Of a stretch of 64,000 bases of DNA, positions 47,033 through 57,993 are shown piece after piece. The DNA is taken from positions 11,669 to 75,668 of the forward strand of contig DASPSR010000042.1 of the NCBI GenBank assembly GCA_035623825.1. Reading direction: 5' to 3'. Every line of letters begins with the position of its first letter. Within the stretch, counting starts at the first letter, position 1. A program made the translations under genes and the position numbers. The stretch is from Nitrospirota bacterium. GTDB lineage: Bacteria > Nitrospirota > UBA9217. The notes below the pieces were generated by a model that saw nothing but the letters and a program-made list of their open reading frames with translations, ran no database searches and was not told the DNA's origin.

Positions 47033-47698
47033 TTACTGCTCGATAGTCTCCGTGCCCTTGGGAGCCGTGAAGGTGAACAGCTTGCTGTCGAGACCCGTAT
47101 CTTCCCTAAGGTCCGTAAATTCTATCTCGGTGATATTGCCCGTAATGCCGAATATGATCAACCTGACGATGCGCCCAACCTCATCAGTCTGAATCCTGAG
47201 CTTCCTCATGGCTGCACTCGTCTTCTTCGGAGTAAGCTCGACAAGGCGGGGATTTTTCACCTCCGGCTGAAATGCCTCGAAATCATCCCGGATATGTGCG
47301 GCGCCGAGCAGGAATGCAACGGGTATGTTCATCTGTTCAATGTCCGTGAAGGTTTTTTTAACCACCTGCTCGGTGTTCTTCGAATAGAAAAGGGCCGCTT
47401 TGCCGTCAATAAGTATGAGCTGGCCATTCGTGTATTTGAGCCTGAGTTTACCCGGTTTTTTGATCCAGAGCATCCCTTCGAAAATCTGCGTCTTGTCGAT
47501 GGCTTTTAGAAAATTCTTCTGGGTCACCTTTGCCGTGAGGTCCCTGAGCTCCTGATAATGATTTTCAACGACGGGGACCACTTGGTCAACGCTTTGGGCG
47601 AAGGCATGATTCGCCGCAGAGGACGCAAAAAAACCGATCAACAGACCCCAAAAAACAAAGATTCGATCAAGACTGCGCTTAACTCCCGGATGCATCAT
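47033..47698 (-). CDS. lolA: Outer-membrane lipoprotein carrier protein LolA
   Basis: LolA fold features and the conserved ftsK-lolA synteny. The start (47698 versus 47722) is uncertain. Confidence 0.7.
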   Translation of the reverse strand: MMHPGVKRSLDRIFVFWGLLIGFFASSAANHAFAQSVDQVVPVVENHYQELRDLTAKVTQKNFLKAIDKTQIFEGMLWIKKPGKLRLKYTNGQLILIDGKAALFYSKNTEQVVKKTFTDIEQMNIPVAFLLGAAHIRDDFEAFQPEVKNPRLVELTPKKTSAAMRKLRIQTDEVGRIVRLIIFGITGNITEIEFTDLREDTGLDSKLFTFTAPKGTETIEQ

Positions 47699-47714
47699 CA
47701 GCAACCCACAACCG

Positions 47715-49901
47715 CTAGTCATTAAGACTCCTTGTTGTGCCGTCCATATTCTTGCGTACCAGCACTTCCCGCGGTTTGGCGCCGTCTGCCGGTCCGACGA
47801 TTCCGTCCTCTTCCATCATCTCGATCATACGGGCGGCACGGTTGTACCCCACGCGCAGTCTGCGCTGGATGAAGGACGTCGATGCCTGGCCGTTCATCTG
47901 GACGAGATCCACGGCTCGCGCGTACAGCTCATCGCGCTCGCTGTCCTCGACTTCCGCGACTTGGGCCTCGGCAACTTCCCTCACGCGCTGGGCCAAGAGC
48001 TCGTAGTTGGGCTTTGCCTGCTTCTTCACGAACTCAACCACGCGTTTGATCTCGGTCTCGGATACGAAGCAACCGTGCACACGGATGAGATGGGCAGTGC
48101 CAGGCGGCAGGAAGAGCATGTCGCCCATGCCGAGGAGGTTTTCCGCTCCGTTCGCGTCGAGGATGGTGCGTGAATCTGTCTTGGACGAGACCTGGAAGGA
48201 GATCCTCGCCGGAAGGTTGGCTTTTATAAGTCCTGTAATCACGTCGACGCTGGGGCGCTGGGTGGCCACGATGAGATGAATACCCGCGGCACGCGCCATC
48301 TGGGCCAGGCGCATGATGGAGTCCTCAACCTCGCGCTGGACTGTCATCATAAGGTCAGCGAGCTCATCGACGATCACGACGATGTACGGAAGGCGCTCTG
48401 CCTCGGTCACCGCTTTGTTATAGGAATCAACGTTCTTAGACCCTTTTTCAGCGAGTTGCCGGTATCTGCGCTCCATCTCGGCCACGAGCGCTCGGAGTGT
48501 TTCAGCGGCGCGCCTGGGTTGGGTAACCACGGGCGATAGAAGATGAGGGATATCATTATAGAGGGAGAGCTCGAGCATCTTGGGATCAACTAGTATGAGC
48601 TTCACCTCGCTCGGCCGTGTGTTGTACAGGAGTGCGAGGATGATGGTGTTGATGGCGACGCTCTTTCCTGATCCCGTTGCGCCGGCAATGAGGAGGTGAG
48701 GCATCTTGTCGATACTTGACACCACGGAAGTGCCGAAGATGTCCTTGCCCAGAGGCACCTTGAGCTTGCTTTTCTGAGACACGTACTCCGGCGATTCGAG
48801 GATTTCGCGGAAGTAGACGGTCTCGCGCGTGTTGTTCGGCACCTCAATGCCCACGGCGCCCTTTCCCGGGAGCGGCGACACAATCCGGACAGAAGACGAC
48901 TTCATTGCCAAGGCCAGGTCGTCAGCGAGATTCACGATCCTGCTAACCTTCACACCTGGCGCGGGTTCGAACTCAAACATGGTCACTACGGGGCCAGGGT
49001 AGACCTGGGTCACGCGGCCCTGAATGTCGAAGTCGAGCAGCTTGTGCATCAAGAGCTCGGACTGGGCGAGCATATCCTCTTTCGAGACCTTTTTCGCTGC
49101 CGGCGGAAGCGGATCCAGCAGGCCGGGAGAGGGGAGTTGGTACGTTCCTTTGGACTCTTTGCTCTCCATGAAATCGAATGCTGCCTGAGACGGTTTGGTC
49201 AGCTTTGGCTCGCGCGACGACGCAGGTTGTTGTTTCTGCGTTTCTATGATCTTGGGCGGTTCTTTCGGGAGCACAGGCCGCCGCATCGCCTCTTTGGCCT
49301 TTTCCTTACGTCCCCGGTATACTGTGATCAGGATTTCGACCTGCTCCGCGAGGCGACCGGAGAGAGCATGCAGCCACGCGATGGCCTTGAGCAGTGAGAA
49401 CGGTGTGAGCAGCATGAGCCCGATGACTAGTGCGGTAATCGTGATGATGTACGCGCCAGTGGCGGAAAAACCCCGAAGCAGTAGCGTGGAGATGAAACCT
49501 CCAAGCATTCCGCCAGAAGGCAGGTCCTCTCCGAACAGCCGGGTAGTCCCGCTTCTGAGCCCGAAGAACGCCGAGGCGGAGAAAAACAGAACGATACCGC
49601 CGACTTTTTTGAGGTACGGATGCACTGCCTCTCTGCCAACCACAAGGAACACTGCGTACCCGAAGAAGAAGAGCGGGATGAAGTAAGCGGACAGGCCGAA
49701 AAGACGCAGGAGCGCGTCGGAGAGATACGCGCCGATGATCCCGATGAAGTTTTTCGTTTCGGCGCCGGTGCCAGAGGCGCTGAAGCACGGGTCAGATGCA
49801 CTGTACGAAACGAGGCTGAGCGAAATCAGGAGTCCAATGGCGAATAGGAGCAAGCCTGTCATCTCGTTCCAGTGCCTATGTTTTTCTGATGTGCCCGCCA
49901 T
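47715..49901 (-). CDS. ftsK: DNA translocase FtsK/SpoIIIE
   Basis: Four N-terminal TM helices, a Pro/Gln-rich linker, an FtsK motor with Walker A GATGSGKS, and the C-terminal gamma winged-helix domain. Confidence 0.9.
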   Translation of the reverse strand: MAGTSEKHRHWNEMTGLLLFAIGLLISLSLVSYSASDPCFSASGTGAETKNFIGIIGAYLSDALLRLFGLSAYFIPLFFFGYAVFLVVGREAVHPYLKKVGGIVLFFSASAFFGLRSGTTRLFGEDLPSGGMLGGFISTLLLRGFSATGAYIITITALVIGLMLLTPFSLLKAIAWLHALSGRLAEQVEILITVYRGRKEKAKEAMRRPVLPKEPPKIIETQKQQPASSREPKLTKPSQAAFDFMESKESKGTYQLPSPGLLDPLPPAAKKVSKEDMLAQSELLMHKLLDFDIQGRVTQVYPGPVVTMFEFEPAPGVKVSRIVNLADDLALAMKSSSVRIVSPLPGKGAVGIEVPNNTRETVYFREILESPEYVSQKSKLKVPLGKDIFGTSVVSSIDKMPHLLIAGATGSGKSVAINTIILALLYNTRPSEVKLILVDPKMLELSLYNDIPHLLSPVVTQPRRAAETLRALVAEMERRYRQLAEKGSKNVDSYNKAVTEAERLPYIVVIVDELADLMMTVQREVEDSIMRLAQMARAAGIHLIVATQRPSVDVITGLIKANLPARISFQVSSKTDSRTILDANGAENLLGMGDMLFLPPGTAHLIRVHGCFVSETEIKRVVEFVKKQAKPNYELLAQRVREVAEAQVAEVEDSERDELYARAVDLVQMNGQASTSFIQRRLRVGYNRAARMIEMMEEDGIVGPADGAKPREVLVRKNMDGTTRSLND

Positions 49902-50144
49902 GTCAGAACTTCCATCCCCTTTGCCAGTAAGATCCCGGCAGAGAGACGGCCATGAACTCGATTTTCCCTTCCACGACGCCCAAAATCGGACCTTTTATAA
50001 AGAAGGATAAGATACACATCTCCCGAAAGCCACTCAGTAACAGGGCGCGGAAAACCGCTGCTCCGAGAATTTTCCCAATAAAGATTGTCTGACAGTCATC
50101 CGTCTGCCTGCCGGCAATTGTTCCGCAATCACGGTCCAGGCATA

Positions 50145-50654
50145 TCAGCCATGTCCGAACCACACGCCTCCGGCAACGGCAGACATGCTGATGACCAGCA
50201 AAGCCCAGTGCATTCCGTTTATAATCTTGAGTGCATTGTTCATATCGATCTTTTCAGGATCGGCAAAGATCTTGCTAAATATTTTTCGCTCGGACAGCAG
50301 GATCACTGTATAGAGCGTCCAGGCAAAAATCATGATGAGGATGCCTATGCCCTGCCGCTGTGCCAATATCCCAAAGCCATATTTGGAATACAACAACCAA
50401 AACCCTGTTACGCCCACAATCGCGATAAGCCACCGGACCATCCCGGCGAACCGATGCTCGACACGCTGGAACAGGAGCGCTTTCTCGAGGGACCCCTCGG
50501 TCTGATACATCATGGGGAAGATCACCATGGTCACAAAAGCCACCCCACCGATCCAGATGATGACACCGATGACGTGGATGATAAGCAGGATTGTAAGTAA
50601 CATGGTTGTCCCCAAGGCTGCGAGAAAATCAAGACTATACCATTGCGTGAGCAC
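50145..50654 (-). CDS. Hypothetical integral membrane protein (4 predicted TM helices)
   Basis: The protein is hydrophobic throughout. No motif was recognised. Confidence 0.4.
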   Translation of the reverse strand: MLTQWYSLDFLAALGTTMLLTILLIIHVIGVIIWIGGVAFVTMVIFPMMYQTEGSLEKALLFQRVEHRFAGMVRWLIAIVGVTGFWLLYSKYGFGILAQRQGIGILIMIFAWTLYTVILLSERKIFSKIFADPEKIDMNNALKIINGMHWALLVISMSAVAGGVWFGHG

Positions 50655-50821
50655 ATTATTTCACAAAGCTGTATGGATTTCAAGATGTTTTGAGAGCGAG
50701 ATAGAAGAAAATAGCAAATAACGATTAAAAGCAGTCAATGAGAGAAAGAAATCCGCCGTGATGGGGCTAACGTAGTGCGGTATCAGGCTTCTTTGCTCTT
50801 GGTTAGGTCAGGCTTATATGT

Positions 50822-51850
50822 TCACCAGATCTTTACGACGATCTTCCCGAAAAACTGCCTGCTTAAGAGCTTTTCATAAGCCTTCTGAGCATCGGCAAAC
50901 TTAAAAACGGAGTCGACGACGGTCTTGAGCCGATGAGGGAAGAGCCTGAGATATTCTTGCACCGCGGCTTTCGGCCCGACGTAAATCCCATGCAATGAAA
51001 TGTTTTTACCGAATATGTAACGGAGGCTCAGCGGCACTTCATCCCCGCTTGTGGCGCCAAATGTCACAATCCTTCCACCTTTCTTGAGGCATGACAAAGA
51101 CTTGTTGAACGTGGCAACGCCCACGTGATCTACTGCGATATCAACCAGATCGCCCTTCGTTATACGCTTCACCGCCTCAGAGAAATCCTCTTTCTGGTGA
51201 TTGATGACAAAGTCCGCGCCGAGCTCTTTCGCCTTCTGAATCTTCCACTCATCACCCACCGTGGTGATGATCGTGGCATTATACAGCTTTGCCACCTGGA
51301 TGAGGGCCGTGCCCACGCCGCTTCCTGCCGAATGGATCAATATTGTATCACCTTGCCTGATGCCCCCGCGAAGCACGAGCGAGTTCCATGAGGTTGTGTA
51401 GGTTACACCGATGCCCGCTGCCTCTTCAAACGAGAGGCCTTCCGGTTTCTTAAAGATATTCGATGCGGGGACACTCACATATTCCGCGGACACACCATTA
51501 TTCTTGACCCCAAGAATGGAAAAATCCTTACACTCATTGTCGTGCCCGCTCATGCATCGATCACAGTGTCCGCACGACAGCCCGGGAAAGACGATCACTT
51601 CATCCCCAGCCCGGATGTGCTGTATATTCTTTCCGACCTTCTCGATGATCCCTGACGCGTCGGAGCCGAATACATGGGGAAGAGGAACCTGGACCGGGTA
51701 TTTCCCATCCATGACCCAGACGTCGAGATGGTTGAGTGAGAAGGCCTTGACTCGGACCAAAACTTCGTTCTCGGTAGTCTCCGGAACAGGCACGTCGCCG
51801 GTCTTGATTCCCCTGTATCCATTCAGTTCTTCGTAGTAGAGTGCTTTCAT
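50822..51850 (-). CDS. Zinc-dependent alcohol dehydrogenase / quinone-oxidoreductase-like MDR family protein
   Basis: GHE-like zinc site region (SCGHCDRCMSGHDNEC) and the Rossmann motif GSGVGTALIQ. Confidence 0.8.
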   Translation of the reverse strand: MKALYYEELNGYRGIKTGDVPVPETTENEVLVRVKAFSLNHLDVWVMDGKYPVQVPLPHVFGSDASGIIEKVGKNIQHIRAGDEVIVFPGLSCGHCDRCMSGHDNECKDFSILGVKNNGVSAEYVSVPASNIFKKPEGLSFEEAAGIGVTYTTSWNSLVLRGGIRQGDTILIHSAGSGVGTALIQVAKLYNATIITTVGDEWKIQKAKELGADFVINHQKEDFSEAVKRITKGDLVDIAVDHVGVATFNKSLSCLKKGGRIVTFGATSGDEVPLSLRYIFGKNISLHGIYVGPKAAVQEYLRLFPHRLKTVVDSVFKFADAQKAYEKLLSRQFFGKIVVKIW

Positions 51851-52137
51851 GTCAGTGCCACTTTTATTAGTGCTCCACTGCTTTTACTTTCCACGCGGTC
51901 TCGGTGTATTTACGGATGGTACGGTTGCTTGAAGACGGCCATAACCAGCCATGATCAGGATAGCCCGTCCGGTCCACTCTCTTCGGAATCGTAGCACGGT
52001 TCATCCACTTCGTCCTGACGCGGCAACGTTAGGAGGCTCAGTCCGAAAGCGCATGAAATGATCGCCGTATCCGATAAACAGATCGACACAATTCTTGCGT
52101 CCGGTCAACCTCCCTGCCTGCCGATCCATCGATTCCG

Positions 52138-53874
52138 TCATATTTCCATGATAATGGGCAGAATCATGGGCCTGCGCTCCATGCGCTTGTATATGAACTT
52201 CTTGAGCGCACTCCGCACCCGGGCCGAGACAAGAGACCATTCGCCCTTTGCCTCGGGAATCATGAGGAGGAGGGTGTCCATGACCACATCCTTGACCTCG
52301 GCCAGAAGCTCCTGCGACGCATCTTCAAACACGAAGCCTCGCGACACAATATCCGGCCCCGAGACCACCTTGCCCGAGGTCTTCTCGATGCCCAGGATCA
52401 CGATCACCACTCCGTCATGGGCCAGCTTCATGCGGTCCCGGAGAACGACCGTATCCACGCCGGTGTCCGCAGTGGATCCTGCGGTTTTCCCGTCGATATA
52501 CACCCGGCCGATGTTCACCACGCCGGCGCGAAGCGCCGTGTTCTCAGTGAACTCCATCACCTCCCCGTTTTCGAGGATGAAGATGTTCTCCTCGGGAATG
52601 TTTACCTTCCTAGCGAGCTGAGCATGGTATACAAGATGACGGTACTCGCCGTGCACGGGAATGAAATATCTCGGTTTGATGAGGCTCAGCATGAGCTTGA
52701 GCTCTTCCTTGGACGCATGTCCAGAAACATGGATCTCGGACACCTTTTCGTAGAACACTTCCGCACCGTGCTTGAACAGGTGGTTGATGATCCGTGTTAT
52801 GCCGCGTTCGTTCCCGGGAATCATCTTCGACGAGAGCACGATGGTGTCCCCTTTCTTGATCTGGAAGTGCTTGTGCTCATTAGCGGCCATACGCGAAAGC
52901 GCGCTCATAGGCTCGCCCTGGCTTCCGGTGGTTATCATCACGATCTGGTCGTCAGGCAGGGTCTTGAGCGCGTCGATCCGGTGCCATGTGTCTGGCGGGA
53001 TCTTGAGGGAGCCGAGGTCGAGCGCAATCTGGGCGTTCGCGATCATGCTCTTTCCATTCAGGATCACCTTCCTATTGTACATCACGGCAACGTCGATGAT
53101 CTGCTGCACGCGGTGGATGTTCGAGGCGAAGGTCGCGACGACGATCCTGCCTCGGGCGCGCCCGAATATTTCCTCAAGCCCACGCCGCACTTCCTTCTCC
53201 GAAAAGGTGTATCCGCCCTGCGACGCGTTCGTGCTGTCCGACAGAAGGACAAGGGTCCCTTTGTCGCCGTACTCTGCAAAGGTACGAAGGTCCATGACCT
53301 CGCCGTCAACGGGGGTGGGGTCGATCTTGAAGTCCCCCGTGTGGACCACGCGGCCCACAGGCGTCGTGATGCCGAAACCGCAGCCGTCGACAATGCTATG
53401 AGTCACGCGGATGAACTCCACACGGAAGCAGCCGAGATCCACTACGTCACGGGGCCGGACAGAAATAAGCTGAATCTCGCTGTCCAGGCCGTGTTCTTTG
53501 AGCTTTTCTCTGACAAACCCGAGCGTGAGCCGGGTGCCGTAGACCGGAACCCGTATCTCTCTAAGGAGGAAGGGAAGCGCCCCGATGTGGTCCTCGTGCG
53601 CATGGGAGAGCACCACCCCGCGGATGCGGTTCTTGTTATCGGTCAGATAGGAGAAATCAGGGATCACAATGTCAACGCCGAGCATCTCGGCATCAGGGAA
53701 CATGAGGCCCGCGTCGATGACCAGGATATCGTCCCCACATTCGAGCACGGTCATGTTCAAGCCGATCTCACCGACACCTCCGAGCGGGATAATGGTGAGC
53801 ACGGGGTCGTTTGTGGCCGAGGGGAGAGTGGAAGCGGATGGATCTGACACCGGAGTCGATTCTCCTCGTTTCAT
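52138..53874 (-). CDS. rnj: Ribonuclease J (metallo-beta-lactamase / beta-CASP family)
   Basis: HxHxDH motif LSHAHEDHIG, beta-CASP region and an RNase J C-terminal domain. 578 aa. Confidence 0.85.
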   Translation of the reverse strand: MKRGESTPVSDPSASTLPSATNDPVLTIIPLGGVGEIGLNMTVLECGDDILVIDAGLMFPDAEMLGVDIVIPDFSYLTDNKNRIRGVVLSHAHEDHIGALPFLLREIRVPVYGTRLTLGFVREKLKEHGLDSEIQLISVRPRDVVDLGCFRVEFIRVTHSIVDGCGFGITTPVGRVVHTGDFKIDPTPVDGEVMDLRTFAEYGDKGTLVLLSDSTNASQGGYTFSEKEVRRGLEEIFGRARGRIVVATFASNIHRVQQIIDVAVMYNRKVILNGKSMIANAQIALDLGSLKIPPDTWHRIDALKTLPDDQIVMITTGSQGEPMSALSRMAANEHKHFQIKKGDTIVLSSKMIPGNERGITRIINHLFKHGAEVFYEKVSEIHVSGHASKEELKLMLSLIKPRYFIPVHGEYRHLVYHAQLARKVNIPEENIFILENGEVMEFTENTALRAGVVNIGRVYIDGKTAGSTADTGVDTVVLRDRMKLAHDGVVIVILGIEKTSGKVVSGPDIVSRGFVFEDASQELLAEVKDVVMDTLLLMIPEAKGEWSLVSARVRSALKKFIYKRMERRPMILPIIMEI

Positions 53875-54354
53875 TTAAAAGCTTCTCGCACCCGGATACA
53901 AGGATACCGTATTTTTCGCAGCAGTTCAAGGTGATTTTGGCGGGTAGTTTTCTTCAAGCGAAACTTTTGACGATTGCGGGAATCACGCTGCTTTTCGGGA
54001 GAGCACCTTGTTGCCGGCTTCCGTGAAACCGGACTTGTCAGATTTTTTGGTGCCCTTTCGAGGCGACAGATACCCGAAGGTCACCTGGGTCAGGGAGCAA
54101 AAAGCCTCATAGCCGAGGAAATCCGCATCGTGGCGGACCTCGTTTTCCATATGGGCCAGCTTCAGGAGGCGCCGTAGACAACCACCGGCTCTATTGAAGT
54201 AGTGTTTCACACTATTCTTATCGGAATCGATTTAAGGAACTTTAGCAGCCCCCTGGGTTGCCCCACGCGAACGTAACGGGCCGAATCATCAAAGAGAGAG
54301 GTCATGGCTGTCTTTGCGCAGACACGCATTTCTTTGAAGCCGCATATTTTCATC

Positions 54355-56442
54355 TTAACGGGCCATCTGCAACTTTTCGATCACAAAAAGGAGCTGGCCT
54401 TCCTGAACGGTGTCGTTGATCTTGATACAAACCTCAGCAACCTGTCCTTCGAGTGGAGCGAGAATCGCATTCTCCATCTTCATGGCCTCAAGATTCGCGA
54501 TCTCCTCTCCCTTGTGAACGATATCGCCAACCTTGATGGTCCCTCGTTCGGGGTTGCCGATTCTCCAGATATTGCCGCTGATCGGCGCGCCGACATCGCT
54601 CGGATTCTTTGCCACCCTAACTTCAGCCTTTTTTGCTCTTGGCGTCGCGACGGTATACACCCGTGTCTTGTTGTTCACTCTCATCACCACATAGACAAAG
54701 CCCTCATGTTCAGCGCCAACCGACACCAGCTCAAGTGAATACGGCTTGCCCCAGAGATCGAAATTCACCCGGTCTCCCGGTTTTTTTAGCCCTTCCCGCC
54801 ATACACCCGTTGGAAGGGCCAGCGGCGCATCTCCGTACTTGTCCCTGAATGCGATGAATTCCAGGGCGTCCTTCGGATGCATAAGATACAGGACAAACTC
54901 TTCTTCTGTTGCCGCCCGCGCGAGGTTGTCCGAAAGCTCCTTTCTTAACCTGTCGAGGTCGTCGTCCGGTACCGAATCGAGCGGGGAAAGCTCTTTTCGT
55001 TCTCTCATCTTGGTAGCCCATTCTTCTCCGAAGGCGCTTCGATATACCCATTCTGCAGGCCAGCCTACTGGGAGTTTTCCATAATTTCCTAGCAGCAGAT
55101 TCTTGAAGTCTCCGGGCGCGTTCCTGAAGAGCAGAAGCAGTTCTTCCCGCTCATCATTCGTCATGTCGTCAAAATCCTGCCCCTTATCCTCTACAAATTT
55201 TATCATGAGTTCGATGATATGCTTAACGCCTGCGTCACCGCGTTCTTTGGCATACCTGTTGATGATTCCGCTGCAGGTGACCCACGTAATCTGAGAGCCG
55301 GGCGTAACATCAAAATATTTCACAATCCTGTTGTACAGGGACATGAGCTTCAAGATCGCTGGCATGAGATGGAGGAACTCAGCCTTTTGAGCCTGCTCAA
55401 AAGAGCTGGGAAATGCGCCACCGGGCATTTTGTGAAGCGTCACCGTGTGATCAAGGCCTTTGAAAGGTGATTCGGCCCATTCGTATTGCCCTATCCATTC
55501 GCGCACCTGTCGGACCGCGCCTTCCGCTTCTGATCGCTTGAGGTGTACGGGAATCCCCGATTCCTCAAAAATGGCGTGAACAGCAAGTATAGGCGAGTGG
55601 CCGTAGAAGCGAACCAGGGAGTCTTCTTCCACATCAAATATCTTAGCGCCAGCCTTCGCTGCCGATAGAAGGGCAGGTATTGCAAGCCCGTCGGTAATGT
55701 GACGGTGATAATTTATCACCAATCCCGGATAGGCTTGTTTGATCGCATCAACGAGATTGCCAATTCGGGTCACGTCGCCGACACCGGCCATGTCCTTCAC
55801 GCACAGGACAATCTCATCAATTCCTGAGCACAGGTCGACGATATCCCTGATAACCTTTAGATAGTATTCGTTGGTTGCCCAGTCCGCCGTCGTAAAAGAA
55901 ATGGTCGGTTCGAAAAGCCGACCTCTCTTCATGACGACTTCAGCGACGCTGCGCATGTTCCTTACATCGTTCAGGAACGAGAAGCATCTCCAGACATCGA
56001 TGTCCACCTGTGAGACGGCGTGCTCTATCACGTTTTTGGGATAGGGCCTGTAGCCCCAGAGATTCGTCTCCCGTATGAGGGTTTGGAGGAGTACGCGTGG
56101 CATGAGTCCCCGAAGAAGAGCGGTCTCTTCAAAGGGGCTTTCCCTTCTATTCATGATGCCTACATGCCACCGTGCGCCGCCGTGACACTCGGAGCTGAAT
56201 AGACCCATATTGTTGTAGAAAGGTGCAAGGGTTTTCAGGTCGTACATGCGGTGTCGGTTTTTAAAATCTGATTGGCCGGCATCCCGCATTCCTACAGAGG
56301 TCAGACAAACCCCCGAAAGTCCGCGGACTGCCTTGATAATCTCTTTGGGCGTCATCTCTGGCCGCGCAAAGGTGCCTTCCGGGCTTCGTACGGCCTTATT
56401 GGAACTTGTTATATCTTTCTTCTGTCCCTTGTCCTCTGCCAT
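54355..56442 (-). CDS. pycB: Pyruvate carboxylase subunit B (5S carboxyltransferase domain plus C-terminal biotinyl domain)
   Basis: Carboxyltransferase TIM-barrel and a C-terminal biotin attachment motif EAMKMEN. It lies directly downstream of the biotin carboxylase gene. Confidence 0.75.
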   Translation of the reverse strand: MAEDKGQKKDITSSNKAVRSPEGTFARPEMTPKEIIKAVRGLSGVCLTSVGMRDAGQSDFKNRHRMYDLKTLAPFYNNMGLFSSECHGGARWHVGIMNRRESPFEETALLRGLMPRVLLQTLIRETNLWGYRPYPKNVIEHAVSQVDIDVWRCFSFLNDVRNMRSVAEVVMKRGRLFEPTISFTTADWATNEYYLKVIRDIVDLCSGIDEIVLCVKDMAGVGDVTRIGNLVDAIKQAYPGLVINYHRHITDGLAIPALLSAAKAGAKIFDVEEDSLVRFYGHSPILAVHAIFEESGIPVHLKRSEAEGAVRQVREWIGQYEWAESPFKGLDHTVTLHKMPGGAFPSSFEQAQKAEFLHLMPAILKLMSLYNRIVKYFDVTPGSQITWVTCSGIINRYAKERGDAGVKHIIELMIKFVEDKGQDFDDMTNDEREELLLLFRNAPGDFKNLLLGNYGKLPVGWPAEWVYRSAFGEEWATKMRERKELSPLDSVPDDDLDRLRKELSDNLARAATEEEFVLYLMHPKDALEFIAFRDKYGDAPLALPTGVWREGLKKPGDRVNFDLWGKPYSLELVSVGAEHEGFVYVVMRVNNKTRVYTVATPRAKKAEVRVAKNPSDVGAPISGNIWRIGNPERGTIKVGDIVHKGEEIANLEAMKMENAILAPLEGQVAEVCIKINDTVQEGQLLFVIEKLQMAR

Positions 56443-56451
56443 CTGGCTACC

Positions 56452-57909
56452 TCACATCCATTTCTGCGGCCCGAGAGCTGATATCTCCGCCACATATCGT
56501 GCAATCTTGAGAACCTCATCCTCGCTGTTCTTTTCCCTGAACATTGAGATAAGCTCGTCCATATGCTCCTCGATGAACCGTGTTGAGAATTCCCCGGAGA
56601 TGAAGGATGGGTGCCGAATGATGGAGAGTAGCAGAGGCTGAAGCGTCTTCACCCCCTCTACCCTAAGGTTCCTGCCGAGAGAGCGGTCCATGACCCTGAT
56701 TGCGTCCTTGCGGTCCGCACCGGCGGTCATGAGCAGCATAAACAGAGAATCGTAGTATGCGGGAATGTCTCCACCCTCGTAAACTCCCGAGGCCACGCGC
56801 ACGTTCGGTCCCATCGGGATCTGAAGTCTGGTGATAGAGCCGAAGGAGGGGCTGAAGCTCTTCGGGTCTTCGGCGTTCAGCCGAACCTCGAGCGCCCATC
56901 GGTTCGGCCGGATGGCGGACTGCTTGAAGGGCAGCTTCTTGCCCAGGGCCACATCGATCATGATGCCGACGATGTCCAATCCAGTGATCAGCTCCGTGAT
57001 GCCGTGCTCGACTTGGAGGCGAGTGTTCACTTCGAGGAAGTAAAATTTTCTCGTTGCGGAATCAAAAATGTACTCGACGGTTCCGGCCGTTGTGTAGCCA
57101 ATCTCACGCATCAGCTGCGTCGCGGTGGAACAGATCTCGTTCCGGAGGTTCTCATCGAGGCTGGGCGATGGCGCCTCCTCGATGATCTTCTGATTCCTGC
57201 GCTGGAGCGTACACTCCCTCTCGTAGAGGTGAACTACATTCCCATGGGCGTCGGCCACGATCTGGACTTCGATATGCCTGCCACGCTCGATGTACTTCTC
57301 CACGAGGATGGTATCGTCGCCGAATGACTTCTTGGCCTCGGACCGGGCTCGGGACAGCGCCTGCGACAGCTGCTCGTCGTTCTCTACCTTGACCATGCCC
57401 TTCCCGCCGCCACCTGCTGCGGCCTTGATCATGATGGGATAGGCCACATCGTCCTTCTTCATCCAGATCTTGATCTGCTCGACGTTTGTGACTGCGTCGA
57501 TGCCTGGAATGATGGGCACATTGGCCTTCTTGGCCAGTGCCTTGGCCCCGATTTTGTCTCCCAGCTTGCCGATGACCTCGTGAGAAGGTCCGATCCAGGT
57601 GAGGCCCGCATCAGTCACCTTTCGCGCGAATTCCGCATTTTCCGCAAGGAACCCCCAGCCCGGGTGGATCGCGTCAGACCTGCTCTCAAGGGCAGCCCGG
57701 ATCATCTTGTCCATGTTGAGATAGGACTCTGCCGGTGGCGCCGCTCCGATGTGGACTGCCTCGTCAGCCATAAAAACATGGTGGGCAAGACGGTCGGGAT
57801 CGCTATAGACCGCAATGGTCGGAATCTTCCGGTCCCTGCATGTGTGCATAACTCTGACCGCAGGGACCCCTCGGTTCGCAACCAAGATTTTATTTATCTT
57901 TCTGTCCAT
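56452..57909 (-). CDS. pycA: Biotin carboxylase (pyruvate carboxylase subunit A)
   Basis: 485 aa with an ATP-grasp fold (GGGGKGM) and biotin carboxylase N- and C-terminal domains. Confidence 0.85.
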   Translation of the reverse strand: MDRKINKILVANRGVPAVRVMHTCRDRKIPTIAVYSDPDRLAHHVFMADEAVHIGAAPPAESYLNMDKMIRAALESRSDAIHPGWGFLAENAEFARKVTDAGLTWIGPSHEVIGKLGDKIGAKALAKKANVPIIPGIDAVTNVEQIKIWMKKDDVAYPIMIKAAAGGGGKGMVKVENDEQLSQALSRARSEAKKSFGDDTILVEKYIERGRHIEVQIVADAHGNVVHLYERECTLQRRNQKIIEEAPSPSLDENLRNEICSTATQLMREIGYTTAGTVEYIFDSATRKFYFLEVNTRLQVEHGITELITGLDIVGIMIDVALGKKLPFKQSAIRPNRWALEVRLNAEDPKSFSPSFGSITRLQIPMGPNVRVASGVYEGGDIPAYYDSLFMLLMTAGADRKDAIRVMDRSLGRNLRVEGVKTLQPLLLSIIRHPSFISGEFSTRFIEEHMDELISMFREKNSEDEVLKIARYVAEISALGPQKWM

Positions 57910-57930
57910 AACTGTCCCCCGTGCCTATCA

Positions 57931-57993
57931 GAAAAAAAGACCTTTACCCGACGAATAGCAGGTCCCGATTCTATTCACCCTGGCAAAGGTCTT
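57931..57993 (-). terminator. Intrinsic-terminator/attenuator-like nested hairpin plus U7, 20 nt upstream of the pycA start codon
   Basis: Outer stem AAGACCTTT/AAAGGTCTT (57937-57945 and 57985-57993), inner stem GAATAG/CTATTC, then UUUUUUU on the minus transcript. Confidence 0.5.
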
